DNA of 64,000 nt from Schizochytrium sp. TIO01. Taxonomy: Eukaryota; Protista; Bigyra: Labyrinthulomycetes. Made by a program: the position numbers and the translations under genes. The notes under the pieces were generated by a model that saw nothing but the letters and a program-made list of their open reading frames with translations, had not been told where the DNA came from and did not search any database. This document shows, piece after piece, positions 25,127 to 37,241 of the stretch (positions are counted from its first letter, which is position 1; every line of letters starts with the position of its first letter). Location of the stretch: the NCBI GenBank assembly GCA_004764695.1, contig SMSO01000032.1:3752483-3816482 (forward strand). Direction: 5' to 3'.

Positions 25127-27472
25127 ATGGCGATGAGGCGTGGCGCTTTACGCGCTGCAGGTGACTTTGTGAATGATGAACTAGACAATGAGTCAGAAGG
25201 ATGGGGAGACGGTATGAACGATGATGATGATGACGACGGCCGGGCAGCCTATCCTCCCAAACCCTCAGGCACGTCAAGATATGGTTCTCAGAATGCAATA
25301 CCAGGAGGCCCTGCGAAGCAAATCAACCCTGCAACGACTACCACGTCAAGAGTACCTGGGACGACGCCCGGTTTTGCAGGGTATGCAGATAGCAAATCGA
25401 ACTGGTCACCAGCTCAAACTCCTCTCCGGCGAGACCGACGGCCATCGTTAGCTCCAGGAGAAACTGGAAAGTCTGGAATACTTCATGAAATTCGAGGAAA
25501 GAAAGCCATTGTTCGATTTGTGGATGTGCGTCGCAAGCATCTGCAATACTTTGCACTCAAGCGCACGATCGGCGAAAAGGTCCTTCGTAAGAACCTTGCC
25601 ACACGAAAGCCAGAGGCCCTTGAGTACCGTGTAAACTGGAATCGCCCAGTTGCGAACCTCGATCTTCGGTTATTCCGCATAGCACTCCATGAACACGCGC
25701 GCCTGAACCATTCTTTTCGCCTTGAAAGTGCACAAGACGATAGCTACATCATGTTCCGCGCCCAAAGCTTTACTGAGGCAAAAGAATGGGTCGAATTACT
25801 TAAACATGAGCAAGAGGTGTATCTAGATGAGCAACGCCACCGCTCTACAGCTTTGAGTTTGGGCCTCCCGCCAGCAGAGCAAATGAAACCAGCAATGCCA
25901 ATCCTTCCAACAACTTATCCCGGTTACGAACTCGTTGAGTATTTTGAAAGAAAGGATATGAAATTCATGATCTCAGATATCCTCGGCAGTAAAGTGGAGA
26001 AACGCAATGGGTTTGCTATCCTTTCCTTTAATCTGCTGGCCAATTTCTATATAGTCACTACAAAACGACCTGAAATGTATGCACACTGTGACAAAGGTTG
26101 TCTCAATTGGAGATATCGCTCTAGGCGCATTATTCATCACTTAATTACATGCGATTCTGACATCATTTGCCTTCAAGAAGTTGAACGTTGGGTCTTCGAA
26201 GATGAGCTTATGATAGCGCTCGGTAGTCGCGGCTACACTGGCAAATTAGAATGCAACAAGCGTAAAGATGGCTCTGAGGTTCCAGGTACAGCCACATTCT
26301 ATAAGACTAAAATGTTCAAGGAGGTGTGGCAGGAACGCTCCTACCGTTCCTTATTGATTGGCCTTCAAATCTTGGAGGGCCCTGAGAAGGGTTCCGTTCT
26401 TGCCTGCGCCAATTCGCACCTTGAAGGTAATCCGTTGCGTGCCAAGGACCGCGCTAGCCAGATTCGAGGTGTTTTCAAGAAGCTAGAGCGGCGAAAGGAT
26501 GAGCATCGCTTTGTTGTTCTTTGTGGAGACTATAATGATGGTTCACAAAGTGACTTATGTCAGACAGTCCTTGCAGAGCAACATTTCATGAGCTGCTACG
26601 ATAACAGTGAAGCTCGAGATGCCACTTGTCTGCTCGTACCAGATGATGCTAAAGAGGCTGACATTGAGGCTTTACGTGTGGATCACATCTTCTTTGACTC
26701 ACGGCTTCGCGTTCGAGCTATTATGAACGTAATGAACGAGGCTTGGTCTCGCGAGGGAATGATTGAGCTTGGCCTGCCTAGTTTGGCATGGCCTTCAGAC
26801 CATTTGAGCATTGGCGCTATCATAGAATTTAATCAAGATTCCGAGATGTTCCTCGTCAAAGAAGAACAGGAGGAAGAGCAAGAGGTTGATCCGTTTGAAA
26901 TCATGACGTCTGACGAGATCTTTGGCAGCGATGCATTCAACCCTCTTTCTCTCAGCGAGCGTGCAGTTTGGCTAGATCATGAAAGCAGTACCACCTTTGA
27001 AAATAATGGTCGACCTTCTCCTGAAGAAATTGAACGCCGCAAAACAGCCTCAGCTGCCAAAGAGGCTTTCTTAAAAAGCTTACCGGAAGACAAGGAGTCT
27101 TTTCTCCGGAAAATTATTGCTTTGCGGCGTAAAGAGGCCAAAACATCGAAGAAAAATAAGGGCAAAGGTGCAGGCAAACCGCAAGCGCAGCGTCGCAAGA
27201 GTTTTACAGAACGGCTTCGCCAAAGCGGAGCTGCTGCTCGTCAGAGCATTTCACATGGCCTCGCTCGCCTCTCACATCGCTCGCGTTCAAAAAGCCGAGC
27301 AGGGTCTCAGTCTAGCTTGGGTAAGCCATCTGCTACTGCAGCACCCCCGGCGAAGCCTAAGGTAAGACGTGGGTCAACAGTCCTCACATCAGCACACCAA
27401 TTACAGTCTAATAAGAGGCACTCAGATGACGACGATGATGATGACGATGATGGACTTCGTGACATAATTTAG
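25127..27472 (+). CDS. PH-like domain + CCR4/Angel/nocturnin/PDE12-family endonuclease-exonuclease-phosphatase (EEP) protein
   Basis: EEP motifs ILSFNLLA, DIICLQEV, SHL, LCGDYN, VDHIFF, WPSDH. Upstream PH-like segment KSGILHE...HLQYF...SFRL...IMFRAQSFTEAKEWVELLK. First ATG 25127. Confidence 0.85.
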   Translation: MAMRRGALRAAGDFVNDELDNESEGWGDGMNDDDDDDGRAAYPPKPSGTSRYGSQNAIPGGPAKQINPATTTTSRVPGTTPGFAGYADSKSNWSPAQTPLRRDRRPSLAPGETGKSGILHEIRGKKAIVRFVDVRRKHLQYFALKRTIGEKVLRKNLATRKPEALEYRVNWNRPVANLDLRLFRIALHEHARLNHSFRLESAQDDSYIMFRAQSFTEAKEWVELLKHEQEVYLDEQRHRSTALSLGLPPAEQMKPAMPILPTTYPGYELVEYFERKDMKFMISDILGSKVEKRNGFAILSFNLLANFYIVTTKRPEMYAHCDKGCLNWRYRSRRIIHHLITCDSDIICLQEVERWVFEDELMIALGSRGYTGKLECNKRKDGSEVPGTATFYKTKMFKEVWQERSYRSLLIGLQILEGPEKGSVLACANSHLEGNPLRAKDRASQIRGVFKKLERRKDEHRFVVLCGDYNDGSQSDLCQTVLAEQHFMSCYDNSEARDATCLLVPDDAKEADIEALRVDHIFFDSRLRVRAIMNVMNEAWSREGMIELGLPSLAWPSDHLSIGAIIEFNQDSEMFLVKEEQEEEQEVDPFEIMTSDEIFGSDAFNPLSLSERAVWLDHESSTTFENNGRPSPEEIERRKTASAAKEAFLKSLPEDKESFLRKIIALRRKEAKTSKKNKGKGAGKPQAQRRKSFTERLRQSGAAARQSISHGLARLSHRSRSKSRAGSQSSLGKPSATAAPPAKPKVRRGSTVLTSAHQLQSNKRHSDDDDDDDDDGLRDII

Positions 27473-27627
27473 ACCAGGCCATGCAGACTGTAATAGAGAT
27501 GCACCGTTAAAATACATGTTATGAAGCAAGACATGATATCATCTTGGTTTACGAATAGCCAGATGACTGTTTCTCGCCTCTCAACTCTGATACTTTAGAG
27601 CTTGCTCATGCATGCGCAGCTTCCTAT

Positions 27628-27693
27628 GTTTATTTGTTTGTTTGTTTGTTTGTTTGTTTGTTTGTTTGTTTGTTTGTTTGTTTGTTTGTTTGT
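27628..27693. repeat. (TTTG)n microsatellite
   Basis: Direct reading. Confidence 0.95.
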
Positions 27694-28110
27694 TATTCCA
27701 AGTTTCTTTTTTCTTACGGAATCACTTCGAAATTTTACTTCTTGAATTAGATCTAGCTCAACCTTTTATATGTGTTTTAGTCTGGATCCTTCCAATCACA
27801 CATATAAATCTTCTTCAATTTGTCTGTTCGCTTGTGCAAAGCACAGAGCGCAGCAACGCGACTAGTTGTGCTCACTTCACGGTGCGAAAACAAGAAGCAA
27901 CTTCTTCTGGCGACATCGTATTTTTGCTGCTACTTTAATAAGTTTTGCACATGGACATTTATGTACTAAACTTCAAAATCAATAGAGAGAAAAAAATCAC
28001 GCGTTGGGCCATTTCATGTCACAAATAGGCCACTTTACGACGCCGTTGAGCAGACGACCAAAGCTCCATTAGATTATCACTGAGAACTCTTTACGCACGC
28101 AGGAACGAAG

Positions 28111-29103
28111 ATGGCTTCCCAGGGCAGGTTTGCAGAGACCTCTGAAGAGGTAGAGGTACGTTTTACCAGATAAGCCAGTCTTGCGCCAGTGAATGGCCGC
28201 GCTCAGGTCTTCAAACGTTGCAATTTGTCTCGTCACCGTCAACAAGCTCAGCCACGCTTCGCGAACGGACGTTGGCCTTGCGCCCAACCCTGCGGCTCAT
28301 CGTCGCTATAGCATCGAGGGAGAACCATTGCATACGTAGAAAGTCAACATCCTCTGTACGAAGTATCTCATGAGGATTCCCAACGATGGAAAATGGAATG
28401 AGATACCGTATAGGTATGGAATATATGGGCTGCCTTCAATCTTTGCCTGTGATTACCGAGAGCTCGATGTCAGGGATTGTATGCTATAGTTTAAACTCCA
28501 GACGGAATCCCCTCCGAGGGAAATCTTAGTGAACTGTGTTTGCTCAAGATAACTTCTCGTGGGCTTCTTATATGCAAGGCAGGCGTAATGAATTATCTTG
28601 CCATTTATGAGATTCCTTTCGCATGCGCTCTGCTGATGACGTAGAAAATCATGAGTTATTTGTAGTAGCGCAGATACCCGGGCGGGCTATCAGGTTTCAA
28701 GAGGAAGATGACTAACATGTAATTTGTCCATAACCACTTATTATGAGGACAGGTTCGCCAGGAGGACCAGGAGCGTATCAATGAATTTGGTGTAATCCAC
28801 CAGCGTCTGGCTGATCTCAAGGGTGAGCGCAAAGCGATCGAGGAGATGTTGATGAATATTGAGGATGCCGAGCAAGAGGTCATGCTTGCAGATGATAACG
28901 AGCACTATTTGATTCAGTTGGGTTCTACCTATGTGCAGGTCAACGAGGATGAGTTTAACGAATATATTGAGAAGAAGCGTAACGAGCTTGACGAGAAGAT
29001 GTCTAACATCAACTCCAAGTCTGAAGATCTGGAAAAGCAGAAGAGTGATCTTAAGGCAACACTCTACGCCCGTTTCGGTTCCACTATCAACCTCGAGGAT
29101 TAA
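28111..29103 (+). CDS. PFDN4: Prefoldin subunit 4; exons 28111-28155 and 28753-29103
   Basis: Spliced product MASQGRFAETSEEVE|VRQEDQERINEF...NIEDAEQEVMLADD...LKATLYARFGSTINLED (131 aa). Phase-0 intron 28156-28752 with donor GTACGT, branch-like GACTAAC near 28710, and CAG acceptor. Confidence 0.88.
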
Positions 29104-30029
29104 GAGATTAAGAAACTTGTTCACACCTTTTTTAAAATAAAGATACCTGATATTGCTAACCGTTTAGGTGAAGAAGAATGAACATCCATGCCTGGAATCG
29201 TACTGCAAGTGCTGCTAGTTGTTTTTTCCTCTTCGTAGTACGTTTCATTTTGTCTAGCTTTGTCTTGTGCTCTTCATGAATGCAGTTCGCTCCATGGTTT
29301 TACTTTCACTACCCATCGAGAATGCGAGGATAAACAGCATAGAAACAGCCACTGAAGGTCTAAATGATGGCTATAATCTATATTTTACATGTACGCCTGT
29401 GTTATCCTCATGTGATAGCCTTCTCTTGTTACGGAAAAAGAACAATAAAACCCTTTTCATTTCAGCAGATTAGAGGTACTAGGTCCTCCTGCGTCGATTT
29501 TCAATGTCATGCTTCATATTTATTATGCACTACTCACAGTCAGCCAACGTCTTACATCGATTCCACGCAGCTACTAGCAAGCGAGGTTGATCCCTTCTGC
29601 TGGACAACTCCAATCTCAATATTTTGATTACTAAGTTCACTGTCCACAGAACTTTTACTTGTTAATATTACAAATCTATTAGAAGATTAGTATCAGTACC
29701 TATGTACCTACTCAAAATTACACTATATAAGCTACCTATCTATAACGAACGTATTGGCACGGGATAGCATGGGTAGAAGTCTACTAATAGGTACTAGTAG
29801 AAGCCGTACACACGGCACTTGCACGTGAGATTGAACCACAGACGGGCATTCAATAGCCCTCGCGAGTGGTGTGTCTCTCCAGTAGCCCGAGATTGAATGC
29901 CTCACTAAAGCCCATAATTGGCTTGGGGCGAATTGAAAGAGACCCAAAGGCCTGAACTGTCGTCTCTGGTTTTTCTGAGCATTGCAGAACTGCGGGACAA
30001 TCGAAAGAGGGGCAAGGTAAAGTTCGCTG

Positions 30030-30749
30030 ATGACGATGCCCAAACTTCAACGAGCGGGAGCTCAAACACAACACCACAGGCAGAAACTTTGCCTTGTAAG
30101 CACATTGGCATTCTTGTTTATGGTGGTGGGAGCAAGCCCTACATCGGTCTCTAGTCTAGAATGCATAAACCAGGCTGGGGACCAATGCGATGGTTCGGGA
30201 TTTCAAGGTAACACTTGCTGTCCTACTTTTACTACATGTAGATTCATCTCTGAAGACTGGTCTGAGTGCCAGTTGCTAGAGGACAGTACGATTTCACCAT
30301 GTCAGAATAAGGTATACGATCGCTGTGGTGGTGATGCGAGTTGGACTGGACTGAGCTGCTGCCCAGCTGGGGCTGTTTGTCATCCAGAACTCAGTATTTG
30401 CACACCATTAAAAGAGCTTGAAAATAGAACAGAGCGATCAGCACTAGCGTTTGAACAAAACAACAATACGCACAATGGCCTGAAGCTTGCACATCCTTGC
30501 AGTGTATCGACAACGGGGTTTAACAATAGGAGTCTTTCGACAGAAACAAATTGTGGTTCTAGACTAAAAACAGTCACCCATCGTCGTAGCGCAGAAACTA
30601 CTACGGTAACTGTCAAGCCTAATGTGGTCGCTATAGCCTTGACGTTTGGCACTGCTATTTTTGCCACATTCATCCTTGTGGTTCTGATGCTACTACGCGA
30701 AAGGTCTGAGTATTCTCTCTTGCCATTTCAGGTTCCACCTCACGCTTGA
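30030..30749 (+). CDS. Secreted/membrane-anchored protein with two CBM1-like (cellulose-binding) modules, no catalytic domain
   Basis: N-terminal hydrophobic signal; QCDGSGFQGNTCCPTFTTCRFISEDWSECQ and RCGGDASWTGLSCCPAGAVC match the CBM1 pattern; C-terminal TM VVAIALTFGTAIFATFILVVLMLL. Confidence 0.75.
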   Translation: MTMPKLQRAGAQTQHHRQKLCLVSTLAFLFMVVGASPTSVSSLECINQAGDQCDGSGFQGNTCCPTFTTCRFISEDWSECQLLEDSTISPCQNKVYDRCGGDASWTGLSCCPAGAVCHPELSICTPLKELENRTERSALAFEQNNNTHNGLKLAHPCSVSTTGFNNRSLSTETNCGSRLKTVTHRRSAETTTVTVKPNVVAIALTFGTAIFATFILVVLMLLRERSEYSLLPFQVPPHA

Positions 30750-32064
30750 AATACCAGCGTCCAAAAGGAACTGGAAAGCTTTTTTTTGGTGCCATGGGCA
30801 CTTTTGATCACTACCAATATGTCAAATGTTTTTTAAGCAGTGATGAAGTTCTAAACTGATCTTCCTGAATCATACTCGAGCATATTTTGTATCGCTCCCT
30901 GCTGGTGTAGATGTCTAAATAAGGCAAATTGAGTCTATAATTCATCTCTGATCTCTAAGCTCGTAAACAACTTTTACTTCTTGAGAGAGATTAAAGTACC
31001 AAGGTAGTCGAAGCAGCTTGAAAATAATACAATAAAAAACATAACCCACACTCTACTTGTTTCTCAGGAATTTGACTCTTGCTCTCAAGTTTATTTGTTT
31101 TCGATTTATATCACATCTGCTTGATTTCTACTTTCTCTTCTCTTTGGTTCAATTTCTTCTTAGATAGATTTCACTGTTTCTTTATTCTTTGGATCGAGTC
31201 GAAAATCTTTCTCTCTTTTTTGCGAGACTTTGAATTTAGGCGGTTAATATGAACGTGCATCCTCACTTTGCTTACCCGTTCCTTCGTTCCTTGGTTGTAG
31301 TAACTTTTCAGCATAAATTGCCTTCTTCAGCAGCGATTCTGATGGCCCTACAGACCGAGTTTCTTGCATTCGTCATTTTACTCTCCGATGTTGCAAATCC
31401 ATGTTTAGGTCATGATCCACCATTCCCATAATTTCATCGCTTCTACTACCACGGAAAGCGTCACTACAAATCGACTACGAGCAGTCCAAGATAAGCCTCC
31501 TCAAGCTCAGTTTGAAAGCATGTCATTTCAACAACTGCTTCAAGAGAACTACTCCATGACAGCTTTTCCAACCCATGAACATACAATTTGCTCATACTCA
31601 GAGCCTTATCAGACTGGATGTCAGGATCACAGTGGGTAGAACTTGTATATTCACAATAACCCATCGATAAATAAAAGGAAACAGGCAATATTTAGTCGAA
31701 AAAAAAAACACTCTTTTAAAATAACAATAAAAGTCTTTTTTTCCAATAATAATAAAAATAACTAAAATAGAACAAAACTCTTTTCACGCCGCTGCACAAA
31801 AGTACTTTGCCAAAATTGATGAAAAGAAGCAGTAGGTACACTTAACATCAAAATAATCCTTACTTAGCTTCCACGCATACCTTCCTTCCTTCTGCACAGA
31901 TAAAGGTAGTCTAAGCTGAGCTGAGCTCTGAGCTCAGCAAATGCTCTGAGCTAAATACAGCCTAACTACAGACAGCTAAACATTTCACAGCCTCACTCCG
32001 TCCTTTGCCTGGGTTCCAAAAGGTACAGCGGCCACTCACTGATCCTTAGTTTTAGTACGCAGGC

Positions 32065-32233
32065 ACTTACTTACTTACTTACTTGCTTACTCACTACTTA
32101 CTTACTTACTTACTTGGCGAAGTATGTATGAATTGCATTAAATTACATTACATTACATTTCACGAAACAAACAAACAAACAAACAAACAAACAAACAAAC
32201 AAACAAACGAACAAACAAACAAACAAACAAACA
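32065..32233. repeat. (CTTA)n then (AAAC)n microsatellites
   Basis: Direct reading. Confidence 0.9.
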
Positions 32234-32615
32234 ACTTTACACTGAAGATGCGCTGATTGGTTTCTTGATCTCTTTGCAAATGCCATCCATTCCTGGGGAC
32301 TATCACCACCCTCTTGGGCTTGAAGCTGCAAAAGCTTTCGAGCGGCAGGCAAATGAATGCAGGCATATGAAGGCATGGCGGCTTTCACTGCCCAGGGATG
32401 AAGAATGGCGATCGTGTCATTTCGGAGGAGAATGGAATGGCGATCACGATGTCTTCTTCATCTGAGCCCATGGTACAGGAATTATCGCTCGGAGCGAAGG
32501 CGTTATGCGCCATCGTTTATGGTTTCTTTTCGCTTACTGTATCCTCGATGGTGCATTGCAATCGGTTGACTCTGGCCCCAAAATGGGCCCTGGGCGAGCG
32601 TGATCTCCAGGCATT

Positions 32616-32663
<48 letters not shown>
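32616..32663. repeat. (CAAG)n microsatellite (same motif at 34373-34403, and as CTTG at 37202-37240)
   Basis: Direct reading. Confidence 0.95.
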
Positions 32664-32666
<3 letters not shown>

Positions 32667-34371
32667 GGCTGTTGGTTGGAGCAGCTTGCGAAAGGTTCGC
32701 CGCCAAAGGAGCGCATAAATCGACTTCCTTGAGAAAGCAGCCGCCGAGTTGCTGCTGATTCCCGTCACAGTTTGCACCTGAAAGTTCATGGTTGGAGTGC
32801 AATTCACCTCGGTAGGTGGGCATTCTATCGGCGCTTTTGCACGACCATGAGCTCCAAAGAGGAGACGACAACATCGCAACTCACGCAACTATCAACCAAC
32901 AACAATGCGTCAGAGGTAGTAGGTACCTCGGTACTATGTTACAGCCAACCTGCAACTTGGACTTGGTGCGAACATCTGATGACGCGAAATGCACCTCGTA
33001 ATAGTCCATGGCCATCATCGTTGATGCAATGAGAAAGGACTCGGGAGGCCTCAAGCCGCAAAAGAAATAATAACTATAAATATATATATATATAACACTG
33101 CGTTGGTCGTGTATGGGCTGTCAGCGGCATTTACTTATCTTGCCATCGTTTGGTCGTCAAGCGGACCTGATCGGAATCTGCTGATGTTGGGCATTTCATC
33201 CAACTCGGGTTATGAATGTTGCCTACCTCCCCATCGGGCGGAGCTGAGCACCCAAACACTCGTTGACGGTCTCCAACTTCGCATCAGTTCCGACATCTTC
33301 TCAACTGGATGGATACCCCCTTTCTTCAGAAGGAGAGCAAGAAGTAGCCCAGTAGATGGCGCATTACTTTGGAGGCTGACTGTGAATACCTTTTCAAGTT
33401 GGATTTCGCACCAACTGGAGATAAGGCCTTCCTGAAAGTGGATAAGCTCGAGCCTTGTTTGCTTGTTTGATTGAATGATTGATTGATTAATTAATCGATT
33501 GAAGGAAACCAAGGCTCATTCATTAAGGAACTCCAAGCCCAAGTTGCAGTTCGATGAAATGAACCCAACTTCAAGCTGCCATTGGAGAGCGTGTGTAATA
33601 CAGGGAGGGCTTCACAGGCAGTTCTTAGCGAGTTCAGCCGCGAACCCTCGAAGCACCGTACTGCTAGTAGGTACTATGAATTGGCTAGCAGCTTTCTGCT
33701 CCTGCACTTCGATATTCCGCCATCCCGGCAATTCCACGTGGGTCTTCCACAAAGCCGTGGCGTCAAGATCTTCGCACCTTCTCCACGAGGCTGAATGAGA
33801 CACCCAGGAGTTGGCAAAATATAGCTAGTTAGTTTCCCAGAACTTAATACCACCCAGAATCTATGGCAGCAGCGATCTATCTTCATCATAGGTACCTCCT
33901 GTGCTTTACCTCCGAGTCTCTCGCGTTCTCAGCACTCGTGGCACACAGAAAAGGTAGACTTGTCACCACTGACCCATGATTCTCGCACACCCTTCGTCGA
34001 TGAAGGAAGAAGAACGAACTAACTAATTCTTTTTCTTCTTCTTCTTCTTCTTCTTCCTTTTCATTTCAATTTAACTTTTTCAATTAAAAAAATTATAGAA
34101 TTAAAAAAAGTAAGACACACTATTAATTTCCTACCTATGGTAGATATGCTTTCCTTACGAAGACTTATTCATTTTCTATATTTATTTATTTATTTATTTA
34201 TTTATTTGTTTATTTATCAAATAAATAAATAAAAATCTAAATTCGTTAGTTATCATTTAATTTTAGAAAAATAAAATTAAACTAAAATCATCTTGGGACT
34301 GAGAAACCTTCAAAGCGGCACATAGCTAAGCTCGGGCGCAAGACCTTTGAACGCACGAGCACCACGAGCAA

Positions 34372-34405
<34 letters not shown>

Positions 34406-36044
34406 TCGAGGGATCCCGCCTGGTGGTCCGGGCACAGGCTGGTCTCGCGTCGCCGCTTCTGTGGCTAGCTAGTTCACAGGCTGGGCTGTCCAGAACCTCT
34501 GTAGATGCTTCTCATCAGCAGTCCGTGAGCGAGCGAGCGAGCTAACCCCTGCGTGGCAAGCTAAAAATTCGTCGAGAAGGGGGGCAGGGAGGCTGTGGCT
34601 GAGGTGGCAGCACGGGGCCACGCACACTGCAGGATGATGTTCCCACCAAGACGATCCACCGCCTGAACTTTGCACGCTCTTGCCCTTGCGCTTCCATGTG
34701 AGTCCCTTTCGTTTGGCAAACTCCCTTTATTCTTGAACAAAGGAGAAGTAATGCAGGAGGACCTAGGTGGGCTATAAGTGACTCCTAGGCGCCAAAGTTC
34801 TTTCTCTCTCGTTCGCACTCTTTGCGACAGAGCTTTGTTTTGTAATCGATCAATCCACGATTCACTCATTCATTCATTCATTCATGGGCAAACCAAGACC
34901 GCAGAAATTACAAGTATTCTCAAACAAACCAAGAACCTGCAAAAACGCAGCTGACTCTGCGACGTTCTCACGATAGCTCAGCGTGCCTGATCCACAAGCT
35001 GACGGCTGATGGTCGAACCCTGAATCCGTAGAATTGTAGACGCCTTTCGTTCTTCTGCAGCTGCTTCAAGGTCTTCCGTAGCACCACATCAATCGATCGA
35101 TCATCGATCAATCAACCATCGATTGCTAACCTATCGCAAAGGTCAGTTTTTGATGTTGATGTTACGAGTAGCAAAGTAACAGGAACTGCAATGAGGGAAG
35201 AACCATGAAAAGCCTCCAACAAATTGGCTAAACCCCGCCAATAGATCCATCCCCAAACAAGCCAAGCCGCCTCCTCGTGATGTGCTTTGGCTCCTGCTCT
35301 CACGCAGCCACTCGAGAATAATGAATCTTGCGAAGCCTGCCGGATCGTGGTATCTGCTCGTGCTCAAAGATCTGAGTGTTTCGTTCGTTGAATGGTTCTT
35401 CACGATTCCATTCATTCATTCATTCATTCATTTATTCATCTGTTCGATTAAGTTCTGAGAAGAAGTCAGCGAGCACTAGTCATATCCTACTGTATAGCCT
35501 AAGATGTTCTATCCCGCGGTAGAGGGTTGGAAGGAGTAGTGCAGCCGTTAGCATAAACGCTAGCAATTTGGGACTGCGAAAAGTAAATGAAACCGAGTTT
35601 AGAGACGAAAGTAATACGATTTCTTTTCGATCTCTTTTAATTAAAACAACAATTTTTAAGAATAACACTGTCATTTTATAAATATTTTATTCATAATTTT
35701 TTTTATCAAAAAATGTGATTATAAAAGAAGGGAGAGAAAGAACCAGAAAAAGCATGCCGCAGGAATATAACCCGGATCAATCAACCTATAACCGAAGCAC
35801 AACGCTCCTGCGCAGCTACAAGCCTTCATCGGAGACTGCACACGAATGAACCGGCCCACCCATCGGCTACTGCGCCCCGGTCTATTTATGAAACGAGAAG
35901 CACAAGCTCTTCTCTCTTCTCCATCACCTGCACCACATTTATTTTTCTTTCTTTCGTTGCCATGATTCTTTCTCTTTCCTTCTTACCATTACAAATTATC
36001 TTTCTCAGCGTGAATATTATGTGTTTGTTTCTTTTTAACTAACG

Positions 36045-36045
<1 letters not shown>

Positions 36046-36074
<29 letters not shown>
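36046..36074. repeat. (AACT)n microsatellite
   Basis: Direct reading. Confidence 0.9.
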
Positions 36075-36075
<1 letters not shown>

Positions 36076-37200
36076 CTTTAAAAGGAAAAGAAAGGAATCG
36101 CCAATCTTTAATCGGCAATCGTAGTCAAATCTATGGAGGATCAAGATTGCGGGAGCGAGCGCCATCCGCGAAACGAGGCCGCCGAGTCCGGCGCAAGGAT
36201 TCCCGAGCCGGCCACGGCGCGCTCTGAAGAACAGGATCCGGCGCCCGCTGGCGTATCCGGCCACCACAGGCTGCGTTTCCCCTCGCAGCCGCAGCCGCTG
36301 CCTTCTTGCGTCGTCTCACCGCAGCCGCAGCGGCCTTCAAGAGCGCCATGACATGACGGCCAGCCAGGTGACCTCCCTCGACCCTGGTGCGCTCACAAGC
36401 GCAACCGAGGGCCTAGATTTCTAGAGCCCTGAGAGCACATTGCAAGGTAGACCTCGCTCCATCTCCCGAGCCTTTGGGCCTCCCTCGCGAGGGAGTCTGG
36501 CGAGGACTGGAGACACTCAGTCGCCTTTGGCAACTGTGCGATTGCAATCGCCACCGATGGCGATGTCACGAGCAGGACCGCTCGAAAGCGCAACTACGCC
36601 TAGCAACGAACAGCGACTGCTCGACCCAAGCCGCCATGCGGTGGCCAGCTTCGCCTCGAGGCCCCGTGGCTGCTAGCCGTCGAAGAAACCGCCTCAAGCC
36701 TGCCGTTCTTGTGCTCCGCTGGCCCCTGGAGCTCTTGTGAGTGCTAATGCTCATCGCCTTTCCCAGCGACCCTCACTCACCCCGACCTCGCTTCTGATAC
36801 GGCTGGGAGACGAGGAGACCGCTGCGCCAGGCTGGTGTGGAGCAATCAGGCGTACGGGAGGCGCACTTCTCTCTCTCTCTCATCATCAGCGATCGCTCAT
36901 GGCACTTTTGACGCAGGAGGCCAAGGAACAAATTCGTGCTGGCCTGAGCTGTGAAGAATCGTCGGTTCCTGCGCGTAATGACCGAGCCTTCCTTCACGAG
37001 AGTATCTATCCTCTGCAGACATACGCGCAATCAAGACATGCAAGACGTGCAAGACACGCCTGAGTGAAACTTTCCTGCCTGGCCCCAAACCGGAGCAGCC
37101 TTCTTCGTCAAACAGAGCAGGCTTGGCGGTCGCAGGGCGGGGCTTATGCACGCCTGGAACCGGTGCCGGGGGTAATAAATAACATTGGCGAGATGGTGAA

Positions 37201-37241
<41 letters not shown>

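Noticed and set aside
34970-35030. TAGCTCAG ... GGTCGAACCC, Pol III box-like pair
   Set aside because: B box is imperfect and there is no cloverleaf.
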